A stretch of DNA of 64,000 nt. It comes from Selaginella moellendorffii. Its lineage: Eukaryota; Plantae; Lycopodiophyta. The position numbers were made by a program, and so were the translations under genes. Positions 35,825 through 47,466 of this stretch are shown here, piece after piece. Location of the stretch: the NCBI RefSeq assembly GCF_000143415.4, contig NW_003314261.1:1564117-1628116 (forward strand), read 5' to 3'. Every line of letters begins with the position of its first letter. Position 1 is the first letter of the stretch. The notes beneath the pieces were generated by a model. It did no database searches. It worked only from the letters and a program-made list of their open reading frames with translations, and had not been told where the DNA came from.

Positions 35825-37680
35825 ATGGCGCTGCGGCGGCGCTCCGGCACGGCTGCTGGGAATCCCGGGAGCGCTGGTGGGACGGATGATCCTCAGGGTT
35901 CCAGGCAGGAAATCGATCTCTTGTGGCGGCCAGAGGAGAGAAGCATTGTGTTGCCTCACCTGGATCGGAGGAATATGGAATATCAGGATAAGCTGGAGCT
36001 CGTTTGGGACAAGGTGCGTGACGTTCCTGGGCATAGAGTTTCTTCCTACATTAACTGGCTCGTGGATATGGGAGAGATTGATTCCAAACCCATGGTTTTG
36101 TCGATCATCCGTAAGCTGACCAAGCGGCAAAAATACAAGACGGCTCTAGATGTAAGTTCTTCTCGTTTTGTTTTTCTTTGCAAGAGCTAAGGAGGAATTT
36201 TTTTTCTTTTGTTTCGAATGTAAAGGTTGGAAATTGGCTGCTCTTCCAGAAAGCTTTCGAGATCGATGATCGAGACTATGTCCTCCAAGTGGATTACTAC
36301 GCGCACGTCGATATGTATCTAGCCGAGATGGCGTTTAACAGGCTTCCTGACGACAAGAAGACCGAGGAAGCTTACAACTATATACTGGCCGGGTTTGTGA
36401 GGAACAGGATGCTCGAGAAGGCTGTGGTAGTCATGGACAAGATCAGAGAGCTGGGCCTCGTCTCTGCATTCTCGTTGGAACAGATGACGCTGCTCTTCCA
36501 TTATCTGGGGCTCGAGCGTAGAATCCCAGCGTTGGTGGTAGAAGCAAGGTCGCTCGGTCTTCACTTTCATCCGCATTTCCTCAACACTCACCTGTGGATC
36601 AAACGTCGGCATGGCGATCTTTCTGGGATGGAGGAGATTGTCGAGGAGCTAGAGCTCATGGGAAGGTCCAACGCATGGACTTATATCTTTATTGCCTCGG
36701 CGTACATCCAAGCTGGTTTGCCCGAGAAGGCTCACGCAGCACTCGGAGCAGCTGAGGCAGGAATTAGAAATGGCCGCTTCAAGAAACAACGCAAGGTGTA
36801 CAACAAAATTCTCCTCCTCTACGGCCTTTTGAAAGACACGGAAGGGATCGAAAGAGTGTGGGGAATACTCAACAGCAGGCCTCTCGTAGCGGTGCACAAC
36901 CATCTTTTCATGATCGAGGCTCTTGGAAGCGCCGGAAACATTGGAAGAGCTGAGGAGATCTTTGAAGAACTAAGAAAGTGTCGTGGAGTACGTAAGGAGT
37001 ACAGGCAGTTTATCGTCATGGCTGGAGCTTATACCAAGAACGGGCTCATGGACAAGGCAACCGAAGTACTCTATGACTATCCGGCAAAATACAAAGCTCG
37101 ACCGGTCCCTGAGCTCTACCACTACTTTATCAAGGGTTATATCAAGCGAAACGAGAAGGACTGGGCCATCGAGGCGTACGAAGAAGGCCAAAGCCTCGTC
37201 CGGTACAGGTCTACCAAGCTGTGGTATGAAACCATGCTGGAAGTTATGAGCATTTATGCGGAGAGGGGTGATGTTACCAGTGCTCTGGCGATGTTTAAGC
37301 ACTGCAAGGCTTGCAAGCACAGGGATATCCGGATGTTTACACTCTTGTTCAAGACTTACGTGGTGGCCAAAGAACCTGCTCATGGCTTGATCAAGAGAAT
37401 GGTTATGCTGGGATTCGAGCCAAACGACGAGATCCGGGAACTTATACTAGAGCTCAAGCCCATAAGGAAACAGTTCGAGGAGGACCGGTTTGAGAGGAAA
37501 GTCTTTGGAAAGCCACACTTGCAATGGTTAAGATGGGAAGATGATGCGGTCAAGAGGAGATGGTTTGGAAGAGGACCGCGCAGGAAAGTTAGACAGCTGC
37601 TTAGGAAAGTTAATCGGTACTATAAAAGGAAGAAGAGGGTCTGGAGCACGGAAGTTCACGATGACCCCAGCCTGGACTAG
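35825..37680 (+). CDS. P-class pentatricopeptide repeat protein (one intron ~36152-36225; start could be 35774)
   Basis: 35-aa helical repeats: YNYILAGF, TYIFIASAY..AGLPEKA, VYNKILLLY, MIEALGSAGNIGRAEEIF. Confidence 0.85.
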
Positions 37681-37866
37681 TGTACGCGGGGAAGTTAAAG
37701 ATTTCTCTTGTCGTCCTGGTAACATGAGGTGAGAATGTGGCCTCCGATTTATTTGGTGCGGCAGAAAGACTGTGACGAACGGACAGTGCTACTTTAATTT
37801 TGAGGAACGGAGGAAAAGCGGTATAAAGTGAGGAATTTTTTCAACTGATTTTTCGGGAGGAGGAGG

Positions 37867-39161
37867 ATGGGTGAGGCGGCACAGAGCTCTCCAGGGGAGC
37901 TTGTCTGTGTTACTGGAGCGAATGGTTTCTTGGCTTCGTGCCTCGTCAAGTGTCTGCTGGAGCGAGGATACTATGTTCGAGCCACTGTTCGAGATCTCGG
38001 TCTGTACTTTTTCTTTTGCTTCCTGGAAGACTATCGCCTGATATCATGATCACAGGAAATGCTGACAAGGTGTCTCACTTGCTGCGTCTTCCTGGAGCGT
38101 CGGAAAGGCTGGAGCTGCGAGAAGCCGACTTGCTAACCGAGGGTAGCTTCGATGACGTTGTGAGAGGCTGCCGAAGAGTTTTCCATACAGCTTCGCCAGT
38201 TACTGCTTTCACTGTCGATCCAGAGGTAGTGCATCAGCTCTCCGTCTTCACACGAGTTTATTCATGCTTTTTGTTTTCTCCCAGCTGGAGATGATTGCGC
38301 CGGCAGTGAATGGCACACTGAACGTCTTAAAGTCGTGTGCGAAATCTCCTTCAGTCCGGCGTGTTGTGCTGACTTCTTCGACGTCGGCGATTCGTTTCAT
38401 GCCTGAGATGCCGTCCAACTCAGTCCTTGACGATACCTCTTGGAGTTCGGAAGACTTTTGCAGGAAATACAAGGTCTGTGGCTCAAAGTTTTATCTTGCT
38501 GCTAGATCTTTTCATGTTTCACAGATGTGGTACTACCTGGCGAAGACCGTTGCCGAGAGAAAAGCGTGGGAATTCGCCGAGAAAAACAACCTCGATCTTG
38601 TCACGGTGCTTCCAAGCTTCGTAGTCGGTCCGGTGCTCCCGAAGAACTTAAGCAGCACCGCTCTGGACGTGCTTGGCTTACTCAAAGGCACGGTTTGTTT
38701 CATTTTCATTTTCTTTTCCGTCTATGACATCAGATCTTCTCTTTGATCCAGGCGACGTTAAGAAGTTCTCGATCTACCCAAGGATGGGCTACGTCCACGT
38801 CGAAGACGTTGCTCTCGCTCACATCCTCGTGATGGAGGCTCCTGGAGCTCGAGGCCGCTACATATGTTCCTCCACAGTGATGGACAACGACAAGCTCGGC
38901 GAGCTCCTCGCGATGAGGTACCCGCAGTTCAATGTCCCCACCAAGTAAGTCCTTTGATCACTCGAATCTCGATCTTAAGTTTGAGTTTTCGCCTCGTCCT
39001 CCAGGTTTCCAGAGTCATACAAATCGAAATACTACACACTAGACACATCCAAACTCGAGAAACTTGGGCTCAAGTTTAGATCGGTGGAGGACATGTTTGA
39101 CGACTGCCTAGAGAACTTTTATCATCGGGGCTTGTTCTCCTTGACTGACACACTCTATTGA
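37867..39161 (+). CDS. TKPR1: Tetraketide alpha-pyrone reductase 1-like (DFR/CCR-like SDR, 6 exons)
   Basis: [57 protein letters not shown]. Confidence 0.8.
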
Positions 39162-39302
39162 TATAGAAATATCAATGGTAAAAAGCTAAGATTAAAAGTG
39201 ATAGTGGCGACGGTTGGAATGACGTGGCGCGGGCGCGCCGGCTGAATGTTCCCGCGAAAACCTAGCCCTAATTTTTTCGAAAATGCCGTGGCCGAGGGAT
39301 CG

Positions 39303-40031
39303 ATGGGAAACATCAGCTGCTTCGCGAGCGGGCCCAGAAGTAAAGAAACCTCTCCAGATCGAGTCGAGGCGCGCGTGAGCTCAATTTCTTTCTTGCTAGG
39401 GGATTTCTAGTGACGTTCACGGAGAGGAGGCGCGCGAGATGCCGATACTCGGGCGCCATGGACAAGGAGGCCGCCGAGATCACGCGAGACAAGTTCTTGG
39501 CATTGTTTGGCCCAGGTACTCTTGGATCTCGATTTTCCCCCTCCCCTCGATCCAATCCTGGTCGATTCTTGCAGGGAATCAATGCATCGAGAGGCTATTT
39601 GTCGTGGTGGACAAGGACAAGAGCGGCAAGATCAGCTTCAGGGAGATTTGCGACGCCGTGATGACAAACAGGACGATGAATGCGGGTGTCATGGGCTCTT
39701 CCCGGCTTGATGGTCAGTGAATTTCTCCCAAATCTCTTCGCATATTGATGGTGTGTTCTTGGCAGTTCTTTTCAAGTTTTACGACAAAGACGCGGATGGC
39801 AAGCTCTCCAAGTATGAAGTTGCGGATGCCATGCTTCTAGCAAACGATCAGCTTCTCCAGCCCCAGATCACCCAGGTAACTGATGAGAAATTTGGATCAT
39901 CTCCAGCAATTTTCTTGTGATTTCGATCGCAGCTGGTGCAAACTATCTTTGGCGCGTACGACGAGGACAGAGATTCTCATCTCAATTTCAGGGAATTCTC
40001 CAATCTGATGAAAGCCGCTGGAATCGACTGA
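39303..40031 (+). CDS. Myristoylated EF-hand calcium sensor, calcineurin-B-like (5 exons, ~173 aa)
   Basis: MGNISC start; EF loops DKDKSGKISFRE, DKDADGKLSKYE, DEDRDSHLNFRE; first EF-hand degenerate. Confidence 0.75.
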
Positions 40032-40217
40032 TCAAATTCGGGAAGAAACTAGGGCTTTTTGAAAATTTGAAATCCAAAGATATGGCTAAGTTTTTGCCCT
40101 TTGTTCTGGTGACGTGTCCACGCGCTCGAAGAACCCTAAAAAGAGGGGCCATTTAGGTTTGTAGATTCGTGGCAGGGGAAATTAGATCGCCAGAGCTAGT
40201 GGCGCGGCATCGCCATC

Positions 40218-41193
40218 ATGTTTACCCGATTCTTTGGCAAGCCCAAGCAGGAGGCAGCTGCGACCACAGTAGCGACGCTCGACAAGCTCAATGAGGTAAG
40301 AGAATTTTGTGGCTCTCGGGTTTGGGGGGTTTCTCATCAATTCGATCCCGGCAGACGCTCGAGATGCTCGAGAAGAAGGAGCGAGTGCTGCAGAAGAAGA
40401 TCGCGGCGGAGGTGGAGAGGGCGAAAGGATTCACTCGGGAGAAGAACAAAAAGGGTTTGTGTCCTTTAGTTTAATTTTTCTTCTGTCAACAGTATGTTGT
40501 GTGTAGGTGCTATTGCGTGCTTGAAGAGAAAGAAGCTCTACGAGATTCAAGTAGAGCAACTTGGGAACTTCCAGCTTCGCATTCACGATCAGGTAGAGTG
40601 GATCTTCAAAATGGTTTTTTTTCGTGACGAAACTCCCAAGGTTTTTGTGCTTTGTCTGGACAGATGATTATGCTCGAGGGTGCTAAAGCCACTACCGAAA
40701 CCGTCGACGCGCTGAGAAGTGGGGCTCATGCCATGAAACAAATACAAGCAGAGACGTAAGTTCTCGTACTCTTCCCAGTTTTCTCTTATCCTTTCTGTGG
40801 TTTTCTTCTCCAGAAACATTGATGACGTAGACAAGACCATGGACGAGATCAACGAACAGACAGACAACATGAAGCAAATCCAAGAAGCGTTGTCTTCGCC
40901 ATTCGGAGGCACAGACTTCGACGAGGTAAGCGAGCTCAATCCAGATGCGATCCATCTCATGTTATCTAAACAACACAACTTTCCAGGATGAATTGGAGCA
41001 AGAGCTGGAAGATCTGGAAGGCCTGGAACTGGAGGAGGAACTCCTCAAGCCAGCGACCACGGCTCCAGCGACACAGCTCCCAGCAGCTCCAGCGCGTCCG
41101 GCGCAACCAGCTCGCCAGCGAGCTCCAGCACAAAAGCAAAGCACCGCCGAGGACGACGAGCTTGCTGCCTTGCAAGCCGAGATGGCCTTGTGA
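40218..41193 (+). CDS. VPS32: ESCRT-III subunit VPS32/SNF7 (6 exons)
   Basis: TLDKLNETLEMLEKKE, LKRKKLYE, MIMLEGAKATTETVDAL, DELAALQAEMAL. Confidence 0.96.
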
Positions 41194-41428
41194 AAATCCA
41201 AGCCAGCTTTGTGTATATAGAGTACACACACCAACATATCCCTACAGGTGATTGATTTCCTCGAGCGAAGAAAGGCCGTGCTTTTCTATTTTCTATCGAA
41301 GGCCCGGGAGAGCGAAAGGCAGTGCTACTACTGTATAGAAGACTCGTTTGTTTGTTTTCAAGTTAAATAAGGATATTCTTCTCGACTAGTCTAGTTTATT
41401 CCAAGTTTTAGGGTTCTTAGATTTGGCG

Positions 41429-42113
41429 ATGAGGGCGTTGGATCGTCGCGACGAGGAAGCATCGCAGTGTAATAGCTCCTGCCTCCGGCGCTATGGCGCG
41501 ATTAAAGACATTCCATGTAGATGCAAGGAGTTCTTGGATGTGCGTGTTTGATTCACGCTCTGTTTGCAGGGCGAGTGTACTGCAAGAAGGGGTGCGGTAG
41601 CGGCGGCGAGAGCTGGGATGAATGTGAGTGCTGGCATTCCCATCGCGGGACGATATTTCGGAAGAATATTGAGATTTTCAGCTGTTCTTGCCTTGATCTG
41701 GTTTCGTTTCGATCGATCGCAGGTATCGAGAATTGCCGGGCGCTGTGTCACAAGGATCCGATCTACAAGGGCGAGAAGTTTGAATGGACCGCGGCGCTTG
41801 ACCGATCCCCCGGCAATAAGTTCCAATCTCGGGTAATAGCCAGATTTTCGATCCATCGATGTCTCAATCTTCTTCTTTCTGGCTGAATAGAGATGCGACA
41901 AGGCGTGCTTGAGAGGATGTGCTTCCAAGGTTAGCGTGCAAGCAAACACTCACTCGATCAAACACCATTTCTTCTTAAATCTCTCCATCGCAGTTCCATG
42001 TCACGGATGAGATGCTGGCGAACAGGATTCCAGCGAAGATAGCGCGCGATCGTCGCGCCTGGAGGTGGGAACCACGGTACTCGTTTGATCCTTCGCTCTG
42101 GACCTCGGCTTGA
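41429..42113 (+). CDS. Small cysteine-rich uncharacterised protein (about 5 exons)
   Basis: Spliced frame DIPWRVYCKKGC..CRALCHKDP..DRSPG..CDKACLRGC; canonical short introns; telo-box upstream. Confidence 0.7.
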
Positions 42114-42205
42114 TAGAACAGAGAAATCCATGTAAGCGTTTCGAACTTGAGACGCTTTTTTACTTGACAATCCTCTCTCTTCTTTTGTTTAGGCGCCAGA
42201 GATGA

Positions 42206-44839
42206 GTGATGATACTGAGGAGATGGGCATTTCCTCCTCACTCCTGCGAGCTGGAAAGAGCTCTACTCCAGCATCTAGAGAGACACAAGGACAAGGTAAT
42301 AGATGTGTATGGTTTTGCGGGCTTGATCCAAGCTTGCAGCAGGTCGGGATCGCCGAGGGCGGCCAAGCAGCTCGAGGCGGAGATCACTCGCCGGGGATTC
42401 AGAGGGAACAAGTCTCTTGGAAACCATCTCATCAACTTGTATGGGCGACTGGGCTGCGTGCGCGACGCAGCTGCGGCCTTCGATGGCATCGAAGAGAAGA
42501 ATGTGGTGTCGTTCAATGCGATGATCACAGCGTATGCCCAGAACGGGCATTCCAGGCAGGGACTGGGCCTCTTTCGGAAGCTGCTGCTGCTGGACTCCAA
42601 GGTGGCAAACATCGTCAGCTTTATCTCGGTGATCAAGTCGTGCTGTAACGAGAGGCTCGAAGAGTGCAGATGGATCCACGGGCTGGTCGACGAAGCTGGA
42701 CTGTCTACCTCGAACATCGTCGTTGGGACGGCTCTCATCAACATGTACGCTGTCTGTGGCAGCGTGGCTGACGCCGAGGCTGTCTTCGGTTCCATGGAAA
42801 GCAGGAATGAGATCACTTGGAGTGCTCTCATCGCAGCTCATGCAGCCGTTCCAGGACACGCTTGTCAGATCTGGGACATCTTCCGGGCCATGGAGAACAG
42901 TGGCGTGGTTCCCAACGAAGTCACTTTCATCAGCATGCTCTCATCGTGCACTGTTGCCGAAGATCTATCTGTTGGCAGACTGATCCACGAAGCTGCGGAC
43001 AAGTATGGATATGGATCAGATGTTGTCGTCGGCAATTCGGTGCTGAACATGTACGGGAAGTGCGGAGATGTGGACCGAGCAAGGCAGCTCTTCGACGAGA
43101 TGGGTGACAAGCACGCGGCTCCGGTTGCCTGGAACTCGCTGATGGGAGCATACACGCAGACTAGGAACTTTGTCCTGGCCGTGGAGCTTTTCAGCCTCAT
43201 GCAGCTGGAAGGCGTCATTGCCAACAAGGTGACTTTTCTCGCTGCTCTCAACGCTTGCGCGGGCCTGGCCGAGATGACTGCTGGTAAGACTGTCGTCGAC
43301 TGCGTGGTTGAGTGTGGGTTGTTTGGAGATGATTTGGTTAAGACTGCATTGGTGAGCTTGTTTGGGAAGTGCGGGTATTTGGATGTTGCTGAGAGCGTGC
43401 TTGGTGAGATTTTGGTCCCGGACTCAGTTTCATGGAACTCGATTGTTGCAGCGTATGCTTCCCAGCAGGGACACGACCAGGACGTGCTGAGAGGATTCCA
43501 CCTTATGCATTCGCACGGCTTGATCCCCGAGGATGGAGTCTTTGTAGCTGCACTGAACGCTTGCTCCAACTTGGGAGCGCTCAAGCAAGGCAAGCTCGTG
43601 CACTACTTGGTCCGGGAGACCGGTGTCGAATCCACCGACGTCTTCACCGCTCTGGTAAACATGTATGGCAAATGTGGGGAGCTTCTAACTGCCAGGGAGA
43701 TTTTCAGCAGCATGCCGGACGAGTTCCGGGATGCTCTCACCTGGAACGGGCTGATCAACGCGCACACGCAGCATGGCAAACCGGAGGAAGCTTTGAGTTT
43801 CTACCGGAGAATGCAGCAGGAGGGCACCCGACCGAGAAAGAGCGTATTCGTCTCGGTGCTCAACGCAGTGGCTGCACTTGGATCGTCCGTGGAAGGCCGC
43901 AGAATCCACGAACAGGTTGCCGAATGCTCGCTTGATCTGGACTCCACAGTGGGAACTTTGCTGGTAAACATGTACGCCAAGAGTGGAGACGTAGACACCG
44001 CCTGGGAGATCTTCGAGAGGATGCAGCACTCAGACACGGTCACCTGGAACTCCATGCTAGGGGCGTGCATCCAACAGAGACCGCGTTCTTCAGAGGCTCC
44101 ACACGAGCAGCAGGAAAACGAAGCCGTGGTCGTCAGGCTCTTCGCCCGGATGCTACTGGAAGGGATAAGAGTGGACAGAGTGACGCTGCTCACCATGCTC
44201 TCGGCCTGTGCCTCGCACGCCAGCCTCTCGCACGGCAAGAAGCTTCACGGCCTCGTCTCCGAGCTCAACCTCTCGCTGGAATCCGACACAGGCCTCTTCA
44301 ACGCGCTGGTCACCATGTACTCGCGGTGTGGAAGCTGGGAAGTCTCGCAAGCGATGTTCCACGCGATGGGCTCGTGCCACGGCGACTTGATCACCTGGAA
44401 CTCGATGATCACGGCGTGTGCCCGGCACGGACAGGCGCTCCAGGCGGTGGAACTGGTGAGAGGGATGGAACAAGCAGGGTGGTCGCCGGACAAGGTGACG
44501 CTCACGGTGATACTCTCGGCGTGTAGTCACGCGGGGCTGCTAGACAAGGCGTACGAGTGCTTCCAGCTGATGCGGGGCGAGTATGAGATTGATCCGGGGC
44601 CGGATCACTACGGCAGCATTGTGGATCTGCTGTGCCGGGCTGGGAAGCTCGGGGAGGCCGAGGCGCTGATCGAGAAGCTCCCAGATCCGGCCAGCGCCGT
44701 GACATGGAGGAGCTTGCTTGGGGGATGTAGCAACCATGGAGATTTGGTGCTTGGGAGACGAGCTGCCGACGAGTTGTTTGGGATGGATCCCAGGCACCAC
44801 ACCACCTATGTCATGCTCTCCAACACTTACTGTGGCTGA
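42206..44839 (+). CDS. PLS-class PPR protein ending in a partial E domain, no DYW (intronless)
   Basis: Repeated ALVNMYGKCG / WNSMI / LSACSHAG motifs, HYGSIVDLLCRAG, TWRSLLGGC, YVMLSNTY then stop. Confidence 0.95.
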   Translation: MMILRRWAFPPHSCELERALLQHLERHKDKVIDVYGFAGLIQACSRSGSPRAAKQLEAEITRRGFRGNKSLGNHLINLYGRLGCVRDAAAAFDGIEEKNVVSFNAMITAYAQNGHSRQGLGLFRKLLLLDSKVANIVSFISVIKSCCNERLEECRWIHGLVDEAGLSTSNIVVGTALINMYAVCGSVADAEAVFGSMESRNEITWSALIAAHAAVPGHACQIWDIFRAMENSGVVPNEVTFISMLSSCTVAEDLSVGRLIHEAADKYGYGSDVVVGNSVLNMYGKCGDVDRARQLFDEMGDKHAAPVAWNSLMGAYTQTRNFVLAVELFSLMQLEGVIANKVTFLAALNACAGLAEMTAGKTVVDCVVECGLFGDDLVKTALVSLFGKCGYLDVAESVLGEILVPDSVSWNSIVAAYASQQGHDQDVLRGFHLMHSHGLIPEDGVFVAALNACSNLGALKQGKLVHYLVRETGVESTDVFTALVNMYGKCGELLTAREIFSSMPDEFRDALTWNGLINAHTQHGKPEEALSFYRRMQQEGTRPRKSVFVSVLNAVAALGSSVEGRRIHEQVAECSLDLDSTVGTLLVNMYAKSGDVDTAWEIFERMQHSDTVTWNSMLGACIQQRPRSSEAPHEQQENEAVVVRLFARMLLEGIRVDRVTLLTMLSACASHASLSHGKKLHGLVSELNLSLESDTGLFNALVTMYSRCGSWEVSQAMFHAMGSCHGDLITWNSMITACARHGQALQAVELVRGMEQAGWSPDKVTLTVILSACSHAGLLDKAYECFQLMRGEYEIDPGPDHYGSIVDLLCRAGKLGEAEALIEKLPDPASAVTWRSLLGGCSNHGDLVLGRRAADELFGMDPRHHTTYVMLSNTYCG

Positions 44840-45491
44840 AACAAAGATACCAAGGGTTGACTGGCCGCTGCCATTTAGTCAACTATACGGGTTGACTCCC
44901 GGTAACTCCCCATGGTAAACATCGTGATGGTTTCTCGTTCGAGCAGTGCCCGACCACACCTGGAACTTTTGCGTCACGTCGCTGTGCATGGCCAGCCCCC
45001 AGTCGAAGTCCCAAGTCGTGATCAAACCGAAGCGCATGTCGTTGAATCTCATGTAACAGAGAAGTCGCAGGGAGTTGAGACGCTCGTTTGGGCTGGCGAT
45101 CACAGTTCCTCGGCTGACAAAGCGGGCAAAAACTCCGGTGATTCTACACACAGCCGTCTTCCGCCATTAGTGCGACCTCGGGCAATCCCAGCTTGGGCCT
45201 GTAGCGATGGCAGGAAGCAGTATTCACCGAGACGATATGGCACAGCCGTCGTCCCACAACCATCTTCGATTTGGGCGCAGCAGTGCTTGCTGCAAGGTGT
45301 AGCCTCCGCCACCCAAAGACGATAGATGCTTCTCAAACCTATAGAGCGTTGTCGTCGTTCAAAGCTCGCCACACGCTTGCATGGTGAAGAACAAGATCCT
45401 GCTCGTGAACGCTCACGATTGGATCGCTTGAAGTGTCATACTCTAGATCAGATTCCAGAAATTCCAAGTAGAAACTAACCATACCTTTTAT

Positions 45492-46091
45492 TTATCCCAT
45501 AAAGGTTTTGTTGCACAGCCTACATGTAAGTTCTTCCTCTAAATCTCTCCTAGAAACTTTCCTAGAACCAAGCTCCCTTTCTCCCCTCAGCGTAGACTCA
45601 AACTCTTGCAGCTGCTTGATAAATCCATCGTTGGGACGAACACACTTCCGACACGCGAGCAAGCTCTCGAGCGCCTCATCGAAGCTACACCCTTCCTTCC
45701 ACATCAAATACGCAATCACCACGGATGCGCTGCGAGACCGACCGCCAACGCAGTGGACGAGCACCATGCCCTGCTCGATGCCCTCGTCGATAAACTCAAG
45801 ACACTCTTGCAGCACCGGGAGTATGTCCTGGTCCTCCTTGTCCAGCAAGGGGACTATCTTGCGCACTGGCGGCTTGCCCACCATAGCTGGGCAGAGTTTC
45901 TCGAGCTTGGATTCCACGGCCTGGAACTTGCGGAGGCGATGCGGCGGCACCGTGTCGATGAAGTTACACTGTGGGTGGAGGCACACCGGTGCCAGTGAGA
46001 GGACGTGAGTGAATCCTTGCATGATCCCGCATAGATAGATCCCCGCGTCGTCGGCGTTGCTGATGTAAAGCCTCTCGCGAACTTGCTTCAT
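45492..46091 (-). CDS. Dual-specificity protein phosphatase, DUSP12/YVH1-like, C-terminally truncated
   Basis: Active site VLVHCVGGRSRS, YLM, PNDGFIKQL; ends just after CRLC. Confidence 0.85.
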   Translation of the reverse strand: MKQVRERLYISNADDAGIYLCGIMQGFTHVLSLAPVCLHPQCNFIDTVPPHRLRKFQAVESKLEKLCPAMVGKPPVRKIVPLLDKEDQDILPVLQECLEFIDEGIEQGMVLVHCVGGRSRSASVVIAYLMWKEGCSFDEALESLLACRKCVRPNDGFIKQLQEFESTLRGERELGSRKVSRRDLEEELTCRLCNKTFMG

Positions 46092-46956
46092 TCCTTTTTG
46101 GCTGTGATCCCTGACCTAAGAAAACGGGAGTTTATATTTCTAATCTATGTATAAATATGTGCCGTCAAAGATTCAAAATACGCTGTTGAAAGCTCAAACG
46201 AATGATGGACTTTGATTCCACGAGGAAGGAACAAGGCGGCGTATGGAAGATGCAGGCTAAATCCTGGTCTTGCAAGTGAAGATCTTCCCTTGGCAAACGA
46301 GACCCGTCCAAACCAGATTCTCGTGGATGTAGCCTGGCCCAAAAGCGTTGATACGTGGGCCTGGCCTTTTGTCTGGTCAACGTGAAGGAGATGGACGTGC
46401 AAATTTGCTGAGACCATGTTGTTCCAGGACGCTGACTGGCATTGTGTGGAACAAGATTTGAGCTTTTGCAAGTCCCTGTGCATAAATCCTCATCAATTTG
46501 CGGTTAGGAAAGAGCTTTTGATGGCGGAATTTCAATTGCAAAGCTCACAACATATGCCCAGAACAGAGCAGGCATCTTAGGACGAAACTGGCTCTCTTTC
46601 AAATTGCCGGCTTTATGTCATCCCAATACTTACGAATCTGCTTAAGAGAACCCACTCTTTTGTCTTTTTGACGTTTCCACGGTCCACAGTGTGTTTTGCA
46701 CAAGGTATCAAAACACTCCAGGCATTGTGTTTAATTATCTTGTCTATCTAAAAAGCATTCGGCTGGCCGAATGGCTTTCACATGAGACCAAGCATGTCGC
46801 GTGCAATCGCCCAGCCTCGCATTTCCTTTTGAACCTCAGTGCTGCAGCAAAGGCTGACCACGAGGAGCTAGTGGACATCGTCAAATTGAAAGAAGGCGTC
46901 CCGGTTCCAAGAGTGATTAGGGGACAACCTTGTCATTCAAAACACGAGAAGACAAA

Positions 46957-46986
46957 TCTCTCTCTCTCTCTCTCTCTCTCACACAG
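46957..46986 (+). repeat. (TC)n-ACACAG microsatellite, left flank of the FBPase fragment
   Basis: Directly visible. Confidence 0.9.
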
Positions 46987-47316
46987 CACCAGCATCTTCC
47001 ACCAAAAAACCCAATGGATTCCCTTCATACACTAGTCTCAAATGGCTGCGAGGATTCATAGCAATACCACCGTAGAGAATTGTCCTATGGACGTCTGCTA
47101 CCAGTGAGCATACATACCTTGCCGAGTACTTCTTTGGAAACTGGCCTTTGCCTCTTCTAATATCATCAATGTAGCGTCGGAGTCCTTGAGGCCAATCGAA
47201 ATACCTTGCATCGTTCACGGAATAGATTTGTCCTGAGAGAGGATAGCCTCAAAGTTAGCAAGCTTTTCTCCAAGGTCTAACGTACCTCTCTCGGGAACTT
47301 TAACGTCGGGCTTGAG
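46987..47316 (-). pseudogene. Internal fragment of a plastid fructose-1,6-bisphosphatase gene with one retained intron
   Basis: PDVKVPERG|QIYSVNDARYFDWP..KYSARYVCSLVADVHRT..HLRLVYEGNP; intron GTACG..CTCAG ~47285-47233; no 5' or 3' exons nearby. Confidence 0.9.
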
Positions 47317-47343
47317 ACACACAGAGAGAGAGAGAGAGAGAGA
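47317..47343 (+). repeat. ACACAC-(AG)n microsatellite, right flank of the FBPase fragment
   Basis: Directly visible. Confidence 0.9.
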
Positions 47344-47466
47344 CAACAGGCCCTAAAAACCATTTACCTTAAATAGAGAGAGAGAAGCAAATAAACCATT
47401 TATAAATATAAAATTACAGAAGATGTAACATTCTTTAAATATTCTCAAACAATTACAGCAAACATT

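Noticed and set aside
46150-46940. Coding-like sequence between the phosphatase and the FBPase fragment
   Set aside because: All frames are interrupted and no family could be recognised
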